A DNA stretch of 64,000 nt from a bacterium (GTDB taxonomy: Bacteria > UBA8248 > JACPRG01 > G963555815). The position numbers and the translations under genes are program-made. Under the pieces are notes generated by a model that was given only the letters and a program-made list of their open reading frames with translations, was not told the DNA's origin and did not search any database. The DNA lies in contig CBDHDG010000006.1 of NCBI GenBank assembly GCA_965261595.1, forward strand, positions 1,152,001 through 1,216,000, read 5' to 3'. Shown here one piece after another: positions 10,202 to 20,030 of the stretch (position 1 is its first letter; every line of letters starts with the position of its first letter).

Positions 10202-11557
10202 TCAACCCGTCTTGGTCCCCTTGTTCAGTGTCCGGCGGAAGATGTCCCAGCTCCTCAGCAGCTCGATTGCACGGTCCAGCTGCGTATCGCCCGTTTTTTT
10301 CAGCGGATTCCTGGGACCGTTGTGGGGGCTGGCGATGCCCGGCGTGCTCTCCGGGTCGTCCTCGCCTTTGAGCGTGCCTTTGAGATCACTTTCCTTCAGC
10401 CGCCGCCGCCTCTTGGTTGTGGGCGATTGCGTGGCCTCCACGACGATGTCGGGCATGATTCCCCGCCCTTGGATCTGCCGGCCGTTGGGGGTGTAGTAGC
10501 GTCCGGTCGTCATCCTCAGGCCGGAACCGTCGCTGAGGGGGATGATCGTCTGCACCGAGCCCTTGCCGAAGGTCGGGGTTCCGGCGATGAGGGCGCGCCC
10601 CATGTCCTGCAAGGCCCCGGCCACAATCTCGGACGCGCTGGCGCTTCCCCCGTTGACGAGGATCACCATCGGAAACTTCAGGGGGGCGTTTTTCCCCCGG
10701 GAATGGAACCGCATATTCTGCCTCGGGTCCCGCCCCTTGGTGTAGACCAGAAGGGCCCCCTCGCTCACGAAATGGTCCGTCACGGCCACCGCCGCCGAGA
10801 GCAGGCCGCCGGGGTTGTTTCTCAGGTCCAGAACGAGGCCCTTCAGGGAAGCGCCGCCGAGGGAATCGAGTCCTTTCTTGACATCCCGGCCGGTGTCCTG
10901 GGTGAACTGGCGGACCTGTAGGTAGCCCAACCCCTCTCCCAGCTTCCGGTGGCTGACGGTCTTGATCCGGATGACTTCCCGGGTCAGGGTGAAATCCCGG
11001 GGGGTTGTCCAGCCCGTCCTGATGATGCTGAGGGTGACCTTGGAATTGGGTTTGCCGCGCAGTTTCTTGACCGCGTCGAACAGGGTCATGTCCTTCGTGG
11101 CTTCACCGTCCACTTTGAGGATCCGGTCTCCCGACTTCACACCCGCGCGCTGGGCCGGGGTCCCGTCGATGGGCGAGATCACCGTCAGGACGCCTTGCCG
11201 GATGGTGATCTCGATTCCCAACCCTCCGAACTTTCCACGGGTCTCGACCTGGGACTCCCGGAAAACTTCCGGGGGCAGAAAGGTGGTGTGGGGGTCGAGC
11301 GTCCGGAGCATCCCCCGGACGGCGCCATAAACGAGCATGCGGTCCTCCACGTTCTCCACGTAATTCTTCCTCAGGTGCGAGAGCACCTCGGCGAAGGTCT
11401 TGAGTTCCTCGTAGACGGAGGACGGCGTCTTCTTGTCCGGCTTTTTCTGGGCGCCGGCTGTCTCCGGAGCGCCCGCGAACAGGCCGCCGATCAGGAAAAT
11501 AGACAGGATTGCGTTTTGCAGACATGCGGCCCCTCTTCGCACCCTCATCCTGCTCAT
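10202..11557 (-). CDS. ctpA: S41 carboxyl-terminal processing protease
   Basis: Signal peptide, PDZ (FGGLGIEI), DLRNNPGG, SASASEI, TFGKGSVQ. Confidence 0.92.
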   Translation of the reverse strand: MSRMRVRRGAACLQNAILSIFLIGGLFAGAPETAGAQKKPDKKTPSSVYEELKTFAEVLSHLRKNYVENVEDRMLVYGAVRGMLRTLDPHTTFLPPEVFRESQVETRGKFGGLGIEITIRQGVLTVISPIDGTPAQRAGVKSGDRILKVDGEATKDMTLFDAVKKLRGKPNSKVTLSIIRTGWTTPRDFTLTREVIRIKTVSHRKLGEGLGYLQVRQFTQDTGRDVKKGLDSLGGASLKGLVLDLRNNPGGLLSAAVAVTDHFVSEGALLVYTKGRDPRQNMRFHSRGKNAPLKFPMVILVNGGSASASEIVAGALQDMGRALIAGTPTFGKGSVQTIIPLSDGSGLRMTTGRYYTPNGRQIQGRGIMPDIVVEATQSPTTKRRRRLKESDLKGTLKGEDDPESTPGIASPHNGPRNPLKKTGDTQLDRAIELLRSWDIFRRTLNKGTKTG

Positions 11558-11573
11558 AACCTTTCCTTTCACG

Positions 11574-12839
11574 TTACGGCGTTCGGACCCTGAGCCACCG
11601 CAAGGGATCCTGTGGCTTGCCCAGATGCCGGACTTCGAAATAAATGGCGGGCTGGCCCAGCGGGCCCCCCTCGCCCACCCGGGCGATCGGCTGCCCCTCT
11701 TCGACTCGATCACCCACCCGGACGGTCGCGATCGTCGCGTGGGCGTACACCGTATAGAGACTTTTCCCGTGGGCCAGCACCAGCAGGTTGCCGTATCCCC
11801 GCAGCCGGTCGGCGTACATGACCTTGCCCCCGCCCACCGCCCGGACGGGCTCGCCCCGCTTCGCCGCCAGGGTGATTCCCGTCTTGAAGGTCAGCGTGGA
11901 AGAGGCGGTCCCCCGAACCGGATCGAACCGGCTGAGGATTTTCCCCGACACCGGCCACGGCAACAGACCCTTTCGATCCTGGAAGGACCATTGATTTCTC
12001 TGCTTCGCCTCGGCCGCCCAGTCCTTCAGCAAACGCTGAAGGCGCCGCGCGGCGCGGCGGACTTCCGAATACGCCTGACGCTGTCGGTCCCGGCGCTTGC
12101 GGATCGACGCCAGGAGCCGGGCCTTTTTCGCCCGGGCCGCCCGAAGTCGTTTCTCTTCCTTCTCGACCTCCCTTTTCCCGGCGGCCAGGGCCCGCGTTTC
12201 AGATCGGATGACTTCCAGCAGGCGCGCGCGGGCCTTCCGCTCTTGCTGAACGTACCGGATGAGTCCGGCGTCGGCCCGGGCGATCCTGTCCGCATAGATC
12301 CGCATGCGGGCCGCTTCGGCGACCCCGCTGTTCAGCCAGGCGAGAACGCTCGGGGGCGCCCCCATCCCTTTGTAGAGAGAACGGATGCGGCGTCGCAGCT
12401 CGGCCTCCGCCTTCGCCATCCGGACTTCCAGGTCCCGCCGCTTTTGCTCCGAGGCGTCGAGCCTCCGGCGGGCCAGGGCGAAACTGTAATTCCGGATCCG
12501 GAGCTCTCCGCCGAGAATTTCCAGTTGGGCGTCGAATCCCTCAATCGCCTCCAGGACAGATCGTTCGGCTCGTTCGCTACGGACGATTCGCCGTTTCTGG
12601 GAATCCAGCCGATCTTTGAGACGGGCGAGCCGATTTCGCTCGGCGGCGATCTTCTTCTTGAGCTGGACGGACGTTGGGGACCCGGCCGTTTCCGCACCGG
12701 CGGATTCGGAAAGCGTAAGCGGACCGACCCCAAGGGCGAGAAAAACGACGACGATCCGGAGAAATGTCAACGGGCGAATCAGGCTGGGTCTCCAAAGGTT
12801 TGAAGTCCCGGAAACAACGAACGGGCCGCATTCCTCCAA
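11574..12839 (-). CDS. envC: Murein hydrolase activator EnvC-like (coiled coil + M23)
   Basis: Coiled coil, LPWPVSG, GYGNLLV, YFEVR; downstream of ftsEX; start uncertain. Confidence 0.85.
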   Translation of the reverse strand: MEECGPFVVSGTSNLWRPSLIRPLTFLRIVVVFLALGVGPLTLSESAGAETAGSPTSVQLKKKIAAERNRLARLKDRLDSQKRRIVRSERAERSVLEAIEGFDAQLEILGGELRIRNYSFALARRRLDASEQKRRDLEVRMAKAEAELRRRIRSLYKGMGAPPSVLAWLNSGVAEAARMRIYADRIARADAGLIRYVQQERKARARLLEVIRSETRALAAGKREVEKEEKRLRAARAKKARLLASIRKRRDRQRQAYSEVRRAARRLQRLLKDWAAEAKQRNQWSFQDRKGLLPWPVSGKILSRFDPVRGTASSTLTFKTGITLAAKRGEPVRAVGGGKVMYADRLRGYGNLLVLAHGKSLYTVYAHATIATVRVGDRVEEGQPIARVGEGGPLGQPAIYFEVRHLGKPQDPLRWLRVRTP

Positions 12840-12911
12840 CCCATTGAAGATATGGAGAATTTAGCGGCGGATCCGGATCGTTGCAACCGAAATTCAGGTT
12901 GGAGGGCGGCT

Positions 12912-13823
12912 TCAGCCTCTATAGCCCGGATAACGCGACACGGACAGGAGCGACCCGATGACGCCCAGAAAAGTCCCCAGGACCAGGAGACCGATGCTGA
13001 GGGCGGGCTCCAGGAAGGTCACGGCGTCGGGACCGAGGCCCGGAAAGCCATGCGCGGCCCGAAGCAACACCAAACGATAAAGCCCGTAGAGCGCCCCGAG
13101 GGAAAGCGCGCTGCCGCCCAGCCCTTCGAGGAACCCCTCGACCAGAAAGGGCGATCGAATGAAGCCGGGCGTAGCCCCCACCAAGTTCATGATCTCGACC
13201 TCTTCCCGCCTAGAATACAAGGCCAGCCGAATGGTGTTCGACACGATCAGGACGATTCCGAGGCCCAGGAAAACACCGACCCCCACGATGATCCATTTGA
13301 GATCGCGGACGACCCGTTCGAAGCTCTCCACCCAATTCCGCCCAAAGTCCACGCTCTCCACCCCGGTTCGGCCCCGAATCGTGGCCGCCGTCCGGGAGAC
13401 GAACAGCGAGTTCCGATTCTCGGGGCGAAAACCCAGAGCAAAGGCGGCCGGCAGCGGGTTGGGCCGCAAACCGTCCAGGATCTCCGCCCTCGAACCCAAA
13501 TGCCTGCGGAAATCCCTCAGGGCCTCCTCCTTCGAGATGTACCGAACCTCAGCGACTCCCTCCATGGCCGTCAGGTCCCGCCGGAGGCGTCCCCGTGCGG
13601 AATCGCTCAACCCGTCTTCCAGATAAGCGACCAGGCGAATCTGCTCTCCCCACTCATTCAAAAGCCGCGTCATGTTGGACAGGGCCAAGAGAAATCCGCC
13701 CAGGATCAGCAGGGCGATGGAAATGGTGGCAATCGTCACCAGGGCCGCGCCGCCGCTCTCCAGGATTCCGCGGATCGCCATGCGCAGAAAGTAAGGGAGG
13801 GTGCGCAGCCATTTCACCGTCAC
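12912..13823 (-). CDS. ftsX: Cell division permease FtsX
   Basis: NPLP, NTIRLALYSRREEVEIMNLVGAT..FIRSPF. Confidence 0.95.
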   Translation of the reverse strand: MTVKWLRTLPYFLRMAIRGILESGGAALVTIATISIALLILGGFLLALSNMTRLLNEWGEQIRLVAYLEDGLSDSARGRLRRDLTAMEGVAEVRYISKEEALRDFRRHLGSRAEILDGLRPNPLPAAFALGFRPENRNSLFVSRTAATIRGRTGVESVDFGRNWVESFERVVRDLKWIIVGVGVFLGLGIVLIVSNTIRLALYSRREEVEIMNLVGATPGFIRSPFLVEGFLEGLGGSALSLGALYGLYRLVLLRAAHGFPGLGPDAVTFLEPALSIGLLVLGTFLGVIGSLLSVSRYPGYRG

Positions 13824-14557
13824 GCCTCCCGACGGATTCCGCCCCTGGCTCGCCGGCCGCCTCCGGCCGGAGCGGCGTCATTCAGGAACTCCGAAGCCGC
13901 ATCCTTCGCGGTCGCCCTCCCTCGGAGCATTCGTATCACCGGACGTTTCGACCGGTCCACCAGCATCTCATCGTGGGTGGCCACAAGGATCGTGGTCCCG
14001 CCGGCGTGGATCAGCGAGAACAGCTCGACCATTTCATTGGCCAGGTCCGGGTCGAGATGACCCGTCGGCTCGTCGGCCAGGAGGATGTCCGGCCGGTTGA
14101 CAATGGCGCGGGCGACCGCGACCCGCTGCTGCTCTCCGCCGGAGAGCAGGCCGGGTTCGTCATTCATCCGCCTTCCCAGTCCCACCTGATGCAATACGAA
14201 TCGGACGCGCCGCCGAATCTCGGAGGTCGGGGCGCCCATGACCCTCATGGCGAACGCGACGTTCTCGAACACCGTCCGCCGCGGCAACAGGCGGAAATCC
14301 TGGAAAACCACGCCGATTCGCCGTCTGAGGAAGGGGACCTCGCGCTCGGGCAGGTGCGTCACGTCGGAGCCGTCTACCAGAATACTCCCCCGGTCGGCGA
14401 CCTCGGCCCGGTAGAGAAGCTTGAGCAGCGTCGTCTTTCCCGCTCCGCTGGGGCCCATCACGAACAGGAACTCCCCCCGGGGCACATGGAGCGAGACATT
14501 CTTCAGGGCGTCCAGGCCGGGTCCGTAGGACTTATAAACGTGTCGAAGCCGGATCAC
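13820..14557 (-). CDS. ftsE: Cell division ATPase FtsE
   Basis: [38 protein letters not shown]. Confidence 0.95.
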   Translation of the reverse strand: MIRLRHVYKSYGPGLDALKNVSLHVPRGEFLFVMGPSGAGKTTLLKLLYRAEVADRGSILVDGSDVTHLPEREVPFLRRRIGVVFQDFRLLPRRTVFENVAFAMRVMGAPTSEIRRRVRFVLHQVGLGRRMNDEPGLLSGGEQQRVAVARAIVNRPDILLADEPTGHLDPDLANEMVELFSLIHAGGTTILVATHDEMLVDRSKRPVIRMLRGRATAKDAASEFLNDAAPAGGGRRARGGIRREA

Positions 14558-14623
14558 GGATTGAATGGTCCCCTCTCTGGTTCTTCGAGGTCGGACCCGG
14601 GAATCCACGCCGGGCGAGCGCCT

Positions 14624-16263
14624 TTATGAATCCTCGCCCTCCTTTGGTTTCGCCCGAATCCGATCAAGCAGCCCCTCCAGCCGCTCGATGGTCGCCTCCT
14701 GTCCGCTCTCCGAGGCGGGGGACGATTCCACTCGGGTCTCCTCAGAGGGGGGCGCCGGAGCGGGGGGCGAAGCCTTCACAGCGGGCTCCGAGGCATGAAG
14801 CGCCGGCTCCTCGGAAGGCACCGGAGCGGCGGGGGGGGCGGCGCTTCCTGTTCGACCGCCCCGACAGGGTCGGCCACAGGGTCGGCCGCCAACGCATCGG
14901 GCTCTTCGTCCGCGTCGGACGCAACGTCGTCCAGATCCGTCAGCCAATCCGCTTCGGAGGTCTCAAGCTCATCTTCCAGGGGAGGGGGGGGGGATTCCGA
15001 CTCCGGCGGACTTTCCGCTTCCGAAACCAGCAGATCCTCCAACTCTCCCGGAAACGGCTCCTCCTCCGGGACCGCTTCGGCGAAACCCGTTGGAACCTCG
15101 GCCGGACCGTCCGCATCCACCGATCCGGTTTCCGGTTCGGCCGGGGAGGGCTCGCGGTCACCGGCGATATCCTCCAGGGCCGGGCCGGCGCCCGGAGAAG
15201 CGTCGTCCGCCACACCCTTTTCCTCCAGGTCATACAACTCCAAGGCGGGATCGGGTTCCCCGTCATCAAGCACGGCTTCTTCGGATTCCTGAGCCGATTC
15301 CTCTTCCACTGAGATCACGGAATCAACCTGAACCCCGGATGAGGCGAAATCGGGTTCCTCCTCATCGGGTTTTTCGTCTGCGCTTTCCCGCGCCGATTCC
15401 TCTTTCTCCGGGACCGGAGAATCAACTTCCACGCCGGATTCGGCGAGCTCCTGCTCGAATGCGATGGCCTGTTCCAATTCTTGGATCTTGACCGGAATGG
15501 TCTTGTCATCCGGTTTATCCTTCAGGACCATCCGGTAGGTGACCAGGGCCGCCTTGAGATTTCCCTGTCCTTCATAGAGACGGGCCAGCGTCGGTGTGTA
15601 CTGGGGGTCCGACATCTCCATGCCGGCGAGCTCTGGGAAAGGGCTACTCTCTAGGGCGACGGGGATTTCGACCTCCGAGGCCGGCTCTTCGGCGGTCCCC
15701 GCGTCCTCGGCCTCCGGGGGAGGCCCTCCCTCCTCGACTTCCGCGTTCTCCGGGGGAAGCGTTTCGACGCTTGACTCCGAACCCCCTTTTCGGCCCATCC
15801 CGCCTTCGGCCAGCTCTTCATCTAAAGAGACAAGTGTATCCAATGTCTCGGTGTTTCCGGGGAGCAGCCAGAGGAGCTCTTCGAATTGCAGCTTGGCATC
15901 TTTCAGGTTTTGGTCTTCGCGGTAGAGATTGCCCAGCGCTTGGCGGGCGATCAGGTTGGTCGGGGAGGCCTCCAGGATGATCTCCAACTCGGATTGGGCC
16001 TCCTCCCGGTCGCCGCGCTCGATCAGGATCATCGCCAGCGCGACGCGGGCGCTCAGATAATCAGGATGGCTTTCCAGACCCGCCCGGCAGACCTCGAGCG
16101 CCTCATCATACCGCTTGGCCTTTCGATAGCCGTTGGCGAGAATGAGGAACCCGAATCCCTCCGAGTCCTGCAAACCAACGCCTTTGCCCTTTTGTCCGGC
16201 CCGACCCGATTTTCGTTTTTTTCCAAACATTTCTGACTGACTCCCTTCGGACGGCATAGCCAT
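14624..16263 (-). CDS. TPR protein with long acidic low-complexity region; probable frameshift near 14835
   Basis: N-terminal TPRs, YTPTLARLYEGQG; the C-terminus (TIERLEGLLDRIR) continues in another frame after a homopolymer run. Confidence 0.75.
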
Positions 16264-16417
16264 CCAAGGTTACCTCATACCCAACTTAGCAAACGGCATT
16301 CCCGGTTCGCAACATTAGTTTCTTTCGTGATTATGCCTTTGACGCAGTAAGACACAAGATATAGGTGCGATTTTGAGACACTACATGTTGTGGTTATCCA
16401 ACAGGAGGGGGTCACTT

Positions 16418-16633
16418 TTAGGGACCCGTGGAACCACATATCCTCCCATTGATGATGGCTGGTGGCCCGACGTAAGAGCCCCGAATTTCGAGTGGGATGC
16501 GTTTCTTCGGCGGTTTCTTATTCCTTATCCCCATCAAGTAGAAACCCGCATAGAAGAGAAGATCAATAACCCTAGAGGCTGCTTCGGAGATGAACCATTC
16601 AAAAACGTCAAATCCTTCGCATTTTGCTTCCAT
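16418..16633 (-). CDS. Cassette A passenger: small hypothetical protein (71 aa)
   Basis: Strong AAGGAGG RBS 9 nt before the ATG; hydrophobic stretch followed by a basic patch. Confidence 0.55.
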   Translation of the reverse strand: MEAKCEGFDVFEWFISEAASRVIDLLFYAGFYLMGIRNKKPPKKRIPLEIRGSYVGPPAIINGRICGSTGP

Positions 16634-16672
16634 TGCCCCAGTCCTCCTTCAAGGTTGGGTGGTGATGGAACC

Positions 16673-16704
16673 GCAGCGCCAGGGGCGGGATCCCCTGGCG
16701 CTGC
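16673..16704. terminator. GC-rich hairpin between the cassette A passengers
   Basis: Perfect 13-bp stem gcagcgccagggg/cccctggcgctgc; no clear U-tract. Confidence 0.45.
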
Positions 16705-16726
16705 ACTTGTAAATCTTATTTTCCAC

Positions 16727-17077
16727 TTATTTGCACGAGATGAACTCGCACAACGTCTCAAAAACCTTGAATTCCCCTTCAAAACGGAAAGTCGTAGAGC
16801 CAGGGATGCTCTTCAGGTATTGGAATCCTTTTGGATGCTCACTCACCATGAAAATACGCCATTTCTCCTTTGCGTTTCGGTATCCAAGTTTATACAAAGC
16901 TACCAAATCGCGATCGTCCAACATGCGAAGTATGAGTTTTCTTCGTTCCAAATCCACATAAGCGGGGCTGTACACCGCACCTTTTCCGATAAAACAGGCC
17001 TTGTTGGATTCTCCAGCCATGACGGCGGAAGATGCGATGAGGGCAGTTGTAAGTATGCAACCGCCGATAGTACGCAT
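16727..17077 (-). CDS. Cassette A passenger: secreted hypothetical protein (116 aa)
   Basis: Signal peptide MRTIGGCILTTALIASSAVMA; Cys near both ends of the mature part. Confidence 0.65.
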   Translation of the reverse strand: MRTIGGCILTTALIASSAVMAGESNKACFIGKGAVYSPAYVDLERRKLILRMLDDRDLVALYKLGYRNAKEKWRIFMVSEHPKGFQYLKSIPGSTTFRFEGEFKVFETLCEFISCK

Positions 17078-17367
17078 GGGCAGACCCCCAGAAAATCGAG
17101 GTTGACACGGGCTTGGGGATTTGCTACAAGGAGGGTCTGTGAGGTCCTCTCTTGTAGCAACGCCCCGGGGTTCCCTCGGGGCTTCCACCCTTTGAAGTTC
17201 CATATACCACATGTAGTGGGTCGGATTCAATTTTCGAGGGACCACCATATCTTGTGTCTTACTGCGTCAAGGGCATAATCACGGTTTCTTTCGCCTCGCC
17301 GCCAGCCGCCGAACGCCTCCCTGAACACCGGAGGCTCTCCCGGAAGGCCATCGGTCCGGAGGGGGGC

Positions 17368-17400
17368 TTGATCGCCTGCCGTCAACACGATACATTGTGG
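17368..17400 (+). promoter_or_regulatory. Putative recA sigma70 promoter with overlapping palindromic box
   Basis: TTGATC-N17-TACATT; acacgatacattgtgg at 17385-17400. Confidence 0.5.
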
Positions 17401-17466
17401 TTCGCGTGGGTCCTCGAAGGCGCTTCGGCCGACACCTTTCCGACCCCGAGCAAGGGGAGGCTCTGA

Positions 17467-18525
17467 ATGAATCCGGCACCGGATGCCAAGGAGAAGGCGT
17501 TGGCGACGGCCTTTTCCCAGATAGAACGCCAGTTCGGCAAGGGCGCGATCATGCGGCTCGGCGACAAGCCCCTCCCATCGGGCGCATCCTCCATCTCCAC
17601 CGGGTCGATCTCCTTGGACGCGGCCTTGGGAATCGGAGGGGTCCCGCGCGGCCGCATCGTTGAAGTCTATGGCCCGGAGTCCTCCGGGAAGACCACCCTC
17701 GCCCTGCACATCGTCGCTCAGGCCCAGAAGCAGGGAGGCATCGCCGGATTCGTGGACGCCGAACACGCCCTCGACCCGGGCTACGCGAAGAAACTCGGCG
17801 TGGTCACCGACGACTTGGTCATCAGCCAGCCCGACTCGGGAGAGCAGGCCCTGGAGATCACCGAGGTGTTGGTCCGCAGCGGCGCCCTCGACCTGGTGGT
17901 TCTCGATTCGGTGGCGGCGCTGGTGCCCAAGGCCGAGCTCAGCGGCGATATGGGGGACGCGCACATGGGCCTGCAGGCCCGGCTCATGTCCCAGGCCCTG
18001 AGAAAGTTGACGGCCGTCATCAGCAAATCCAATACGTGCGTCCTGTTCATCAACCAGATTCGGATGAAGATCGGCGTGATGTTCGGCAACCCGGAGACCA
18101 CCCCGGGCGGAAACGCCCTGAAGTTTTATGCGTCCATCCGGATGGACATCCGCCGGATCTCGGCCATCAAGGAAAGCGGCGAGGTGGTCGGCAACCGTAC
18201 GCGGGTCCGCGTCGTCAAAAACAAGATGGCCGCCCCCTTCCGGCAGGCGGAGTTCGATATCCTCTACGATCAGGGAATCTCCAAGTCCGGCGACCTGTTG
18301 GATTTGGCATCCGAAATGGACTTGATCAAAAAGAGCGGATCGTGGTTTTCCTATCAGGATCAGCGCATCGGTCAGGGACGGGAAAATGCGCGGCGCTTTC
18401 TCGAGGACAACCCGGAAATCATGGACACGCTTGAAACCATTGTGCGCGAGAACCTCGGTCAGCCGTCCCAACCAGCGCCCGGCGCCGGGGAGAATCAGGA
18501 TTCCGAGGAAACCGACGTCGACTGA
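17467..18525 (+). CDS. recA: Recombinase RecA
   Basis: [50 protein letters not shown]. Confidence 0.99.
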   Translation: MNPAPDAKEKALATAFSQIERQFGKGAIMRLGDKPLPSGASSISTGSISLDAALGIGGVPRGRIVEVYGPESSGKTTLALHIVAQAQKQGGIAGFVDAEHALDPGYAKKLGVVTDDLVISQPDSGEQALEITEVLVRSGALDLVVLDSVAALVPKAELSGDMGDAHMGLQARLMSQALRKLTAVISKSNTCVLFINQIRMKIGVMFGNPETTPGGNALKFYASIRMDIRRISAIKESGEVVGNRTRVRVVKNKMAAPFRQAEFDILYDQGISKSGDLLDLASEMDLIKKSGSWFSYQDQRIGQGRENARRFLEDNPEIMDTLETIVRENLGQPSQPAPGAGENQDSEETDVD

Positions 18526-18544
18526 AGGGACGCGACGTTCACCC

Positions 18545-19177
18545 ATGTCCCGGACGCGCCCAACAAAACCACCTCCTTCTTCCTCCTCCCGACCGACCCA
18601 CAAAAAGGGGCGGGACTTGACGGCGCTCGAGTCCGCCAAGGCGGACGCTTATCGTCTCATCGCCCGGCGAATGAGAACCCGCAAGGAGATTCAGACCCGG
18701 CTCCGACAACGGGGGCACCGGGAGGCGGTTGTCGAAGAAACCATCAAAAGCCTCCACGAGCTGGGCTACGTGGATGACGCCGCGTTCGCCCGAGAGTGGT
18801 GCCGGCGCCGGCTGGAGGACCGCCCGCTGGGCAGGCGGGGCCTGCTCCGGGAGCTCTCGGAGAAGGGCGTGCCGCGGGAAATCGCTGAGGGCGCCGTGAA
18901 TGAGGCGTTCGCGGGCGTGGAAGAAAGCCGACTGGCCGAGGGCTTGATCCGCCGACGCGCCGAAAATGGAATCGACCTCCGCTCCCCCAGGGACACCCGG
19001 CGGCTGAAGGGCTATCTTCTCCGCCGGGGGTTTTCCATCGAGAGCGTGAACGAAGCCCTCGCGGCCGCCGCGGGGACGCAAACTCGAGACCCGGCGGATC
19101 TGGAGGCCATGAGCCAGGACCCGCCATGGGACCCGCTGGAAGAAGAGATCGATGCCGATCGAGAAGGCGCGTCATGA
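18545..19177 (+). CDS. recX: Regulatory protein RecX
   Basis: Directly after recA; R.RT.KEI..RL, GYVDDAAFA, YLLRRGFS; start uncertain. Confidence 0.9.
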   Translation: MSRTRPTKPPPSSSSRPTHKKGRDLTALESAKADAYRLIARRMRTRKEIQTRLRQRGHREAVVEETIKSLHELGYVDDAAFAREWCRRRLEDRPLGRRGLLRELSEKGVPREIAEGAVNEAFAGVEESRLAEGLIRRRAENGIDLRSPRDTRRLKGYLLRRGFSIESVNEALAAAAGTQTRDPADLEAMSQDPPWDPLEEEIDADREGAS

Positions 19178-19502
19178 GCGGATTTTCCGCTTTCGGGGCC
19201 GGCCGTTTTCCCGCGGCTTGGCCGCAATCGGGCTTTTCGCATTGGCGGCGGCCCTCTGGGCAGCGGCCGCTTTCGCTCAGGGATCGGGCTCGACGCCTCC
19301 CGCCAACGGCGTCCGCGATCCGCGAAATCTCGGAATTCTGACCCCGCGGGAATATCCCCTCGTCAAAAGAGACGTCCGGTCCGCTTCGGACATCGTCCGG
19401 CGGGCCGAATCTCTCGGAAGACATCTTGCAAATCCCGAGGCGCAGTCCAATGGATCGAATCCCCGCGGCCGAGACCGTCCGCCGGCCGGAGCGGACCGCT
19501 GA
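19152..19502 (+). CDS. Hypothetical secreted protein
   Basis: Signal-peptide-like GLAAIGLFALAAALWAAAAFAQ; start uncertain. Confidence 0.45.
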   Translation: MPIEKARHERIFRFRGRPFSRGLAAIGLFALAAALWAAAAFAQGSGSTPPANGVRDPRNLGILTPREYPLVKRDVRSASDIVRRAESLGRHLANPEAQSNGSNPRGRDRPPAGADR

Positions 19503-20026
19503 AGGAGGGGACGATTCTCCCCGGTCTTCCGTCTTCCCGGACGAGCCCGTTCCGCAAATCCTGGCCGAGCCCGGCTGGCAAATCTGGTTCCGGGCGGGCC
19601 GGCGCGTCCCCTCCGTCTGGGGGGCGGCCCCGTCGGGGATCTATGTGTTGGCGCTGGACCTCGAGAAGGACGCCGAGATTACGGTGGGCGCTCTCGGGGA
19701 AAGAAAGTTTCCCGCGGGGCGGCACTTACTTCTATACGGGACGGGCCATGCGGGGGCTCGAGGCTCGGCTTGCGCGTCACGTGCGCAGAACAAAAGACCG
19801 GCCCCGGTGGCACATCGACCACCTTCGCGCGCGGGCAAGGCTTCTGACCATCTCGGTTCTCCCGGCCGACGACCCTTCACTGGAGTGCCGGACCGCCGGC
19901 CGGCTGCTGGCCGCGGGAGGAAGGATCGAGGTTCCCGGCTTCGGCTCATCGGATTGCGCTTGTCCCGCGCATCTGTTTTCTATGCCCCGTAGTGGCCGCC
20001 TCGGGGCGATTTCCCCAGGAGAATGA
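19450..20026 (+). pseudogene. DUF123 (GIY-YIG/Uri-like endonuclease), frameshifted near 19718
   Basis: GIYVLAL...VGALG in one frame; YFYTG, RLARH, WHIDHL, EC and GFGSSDC.C..HL in the next. Confidence 0.8.
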
Positions 20027-20030
20027 ATCC

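Larger units (their letters stand above)
16326..17283. mobile_element. Transposase-free IS1595-like cassette A (958 bp)
   Basis: 37-bp IRs (36/37) at 16326-16362 and 17247-17283; 8-bp TSD gtttcttt at 16318-16325 and 17284-17291; AT-richer interior. Confidence 0.92.

Noticed and set aside
16394..16403. ttatccaaca as a DnaA box
   Set aside because: Does not match TTATCCACA and is not clustered
16373..17278. 301-aa plus-strand ORF spanning cassette A as its transposase
   Set aside because: No Zn ribbon or DDE motifs; antisense to two ORFs with RBS or signal-peptide support
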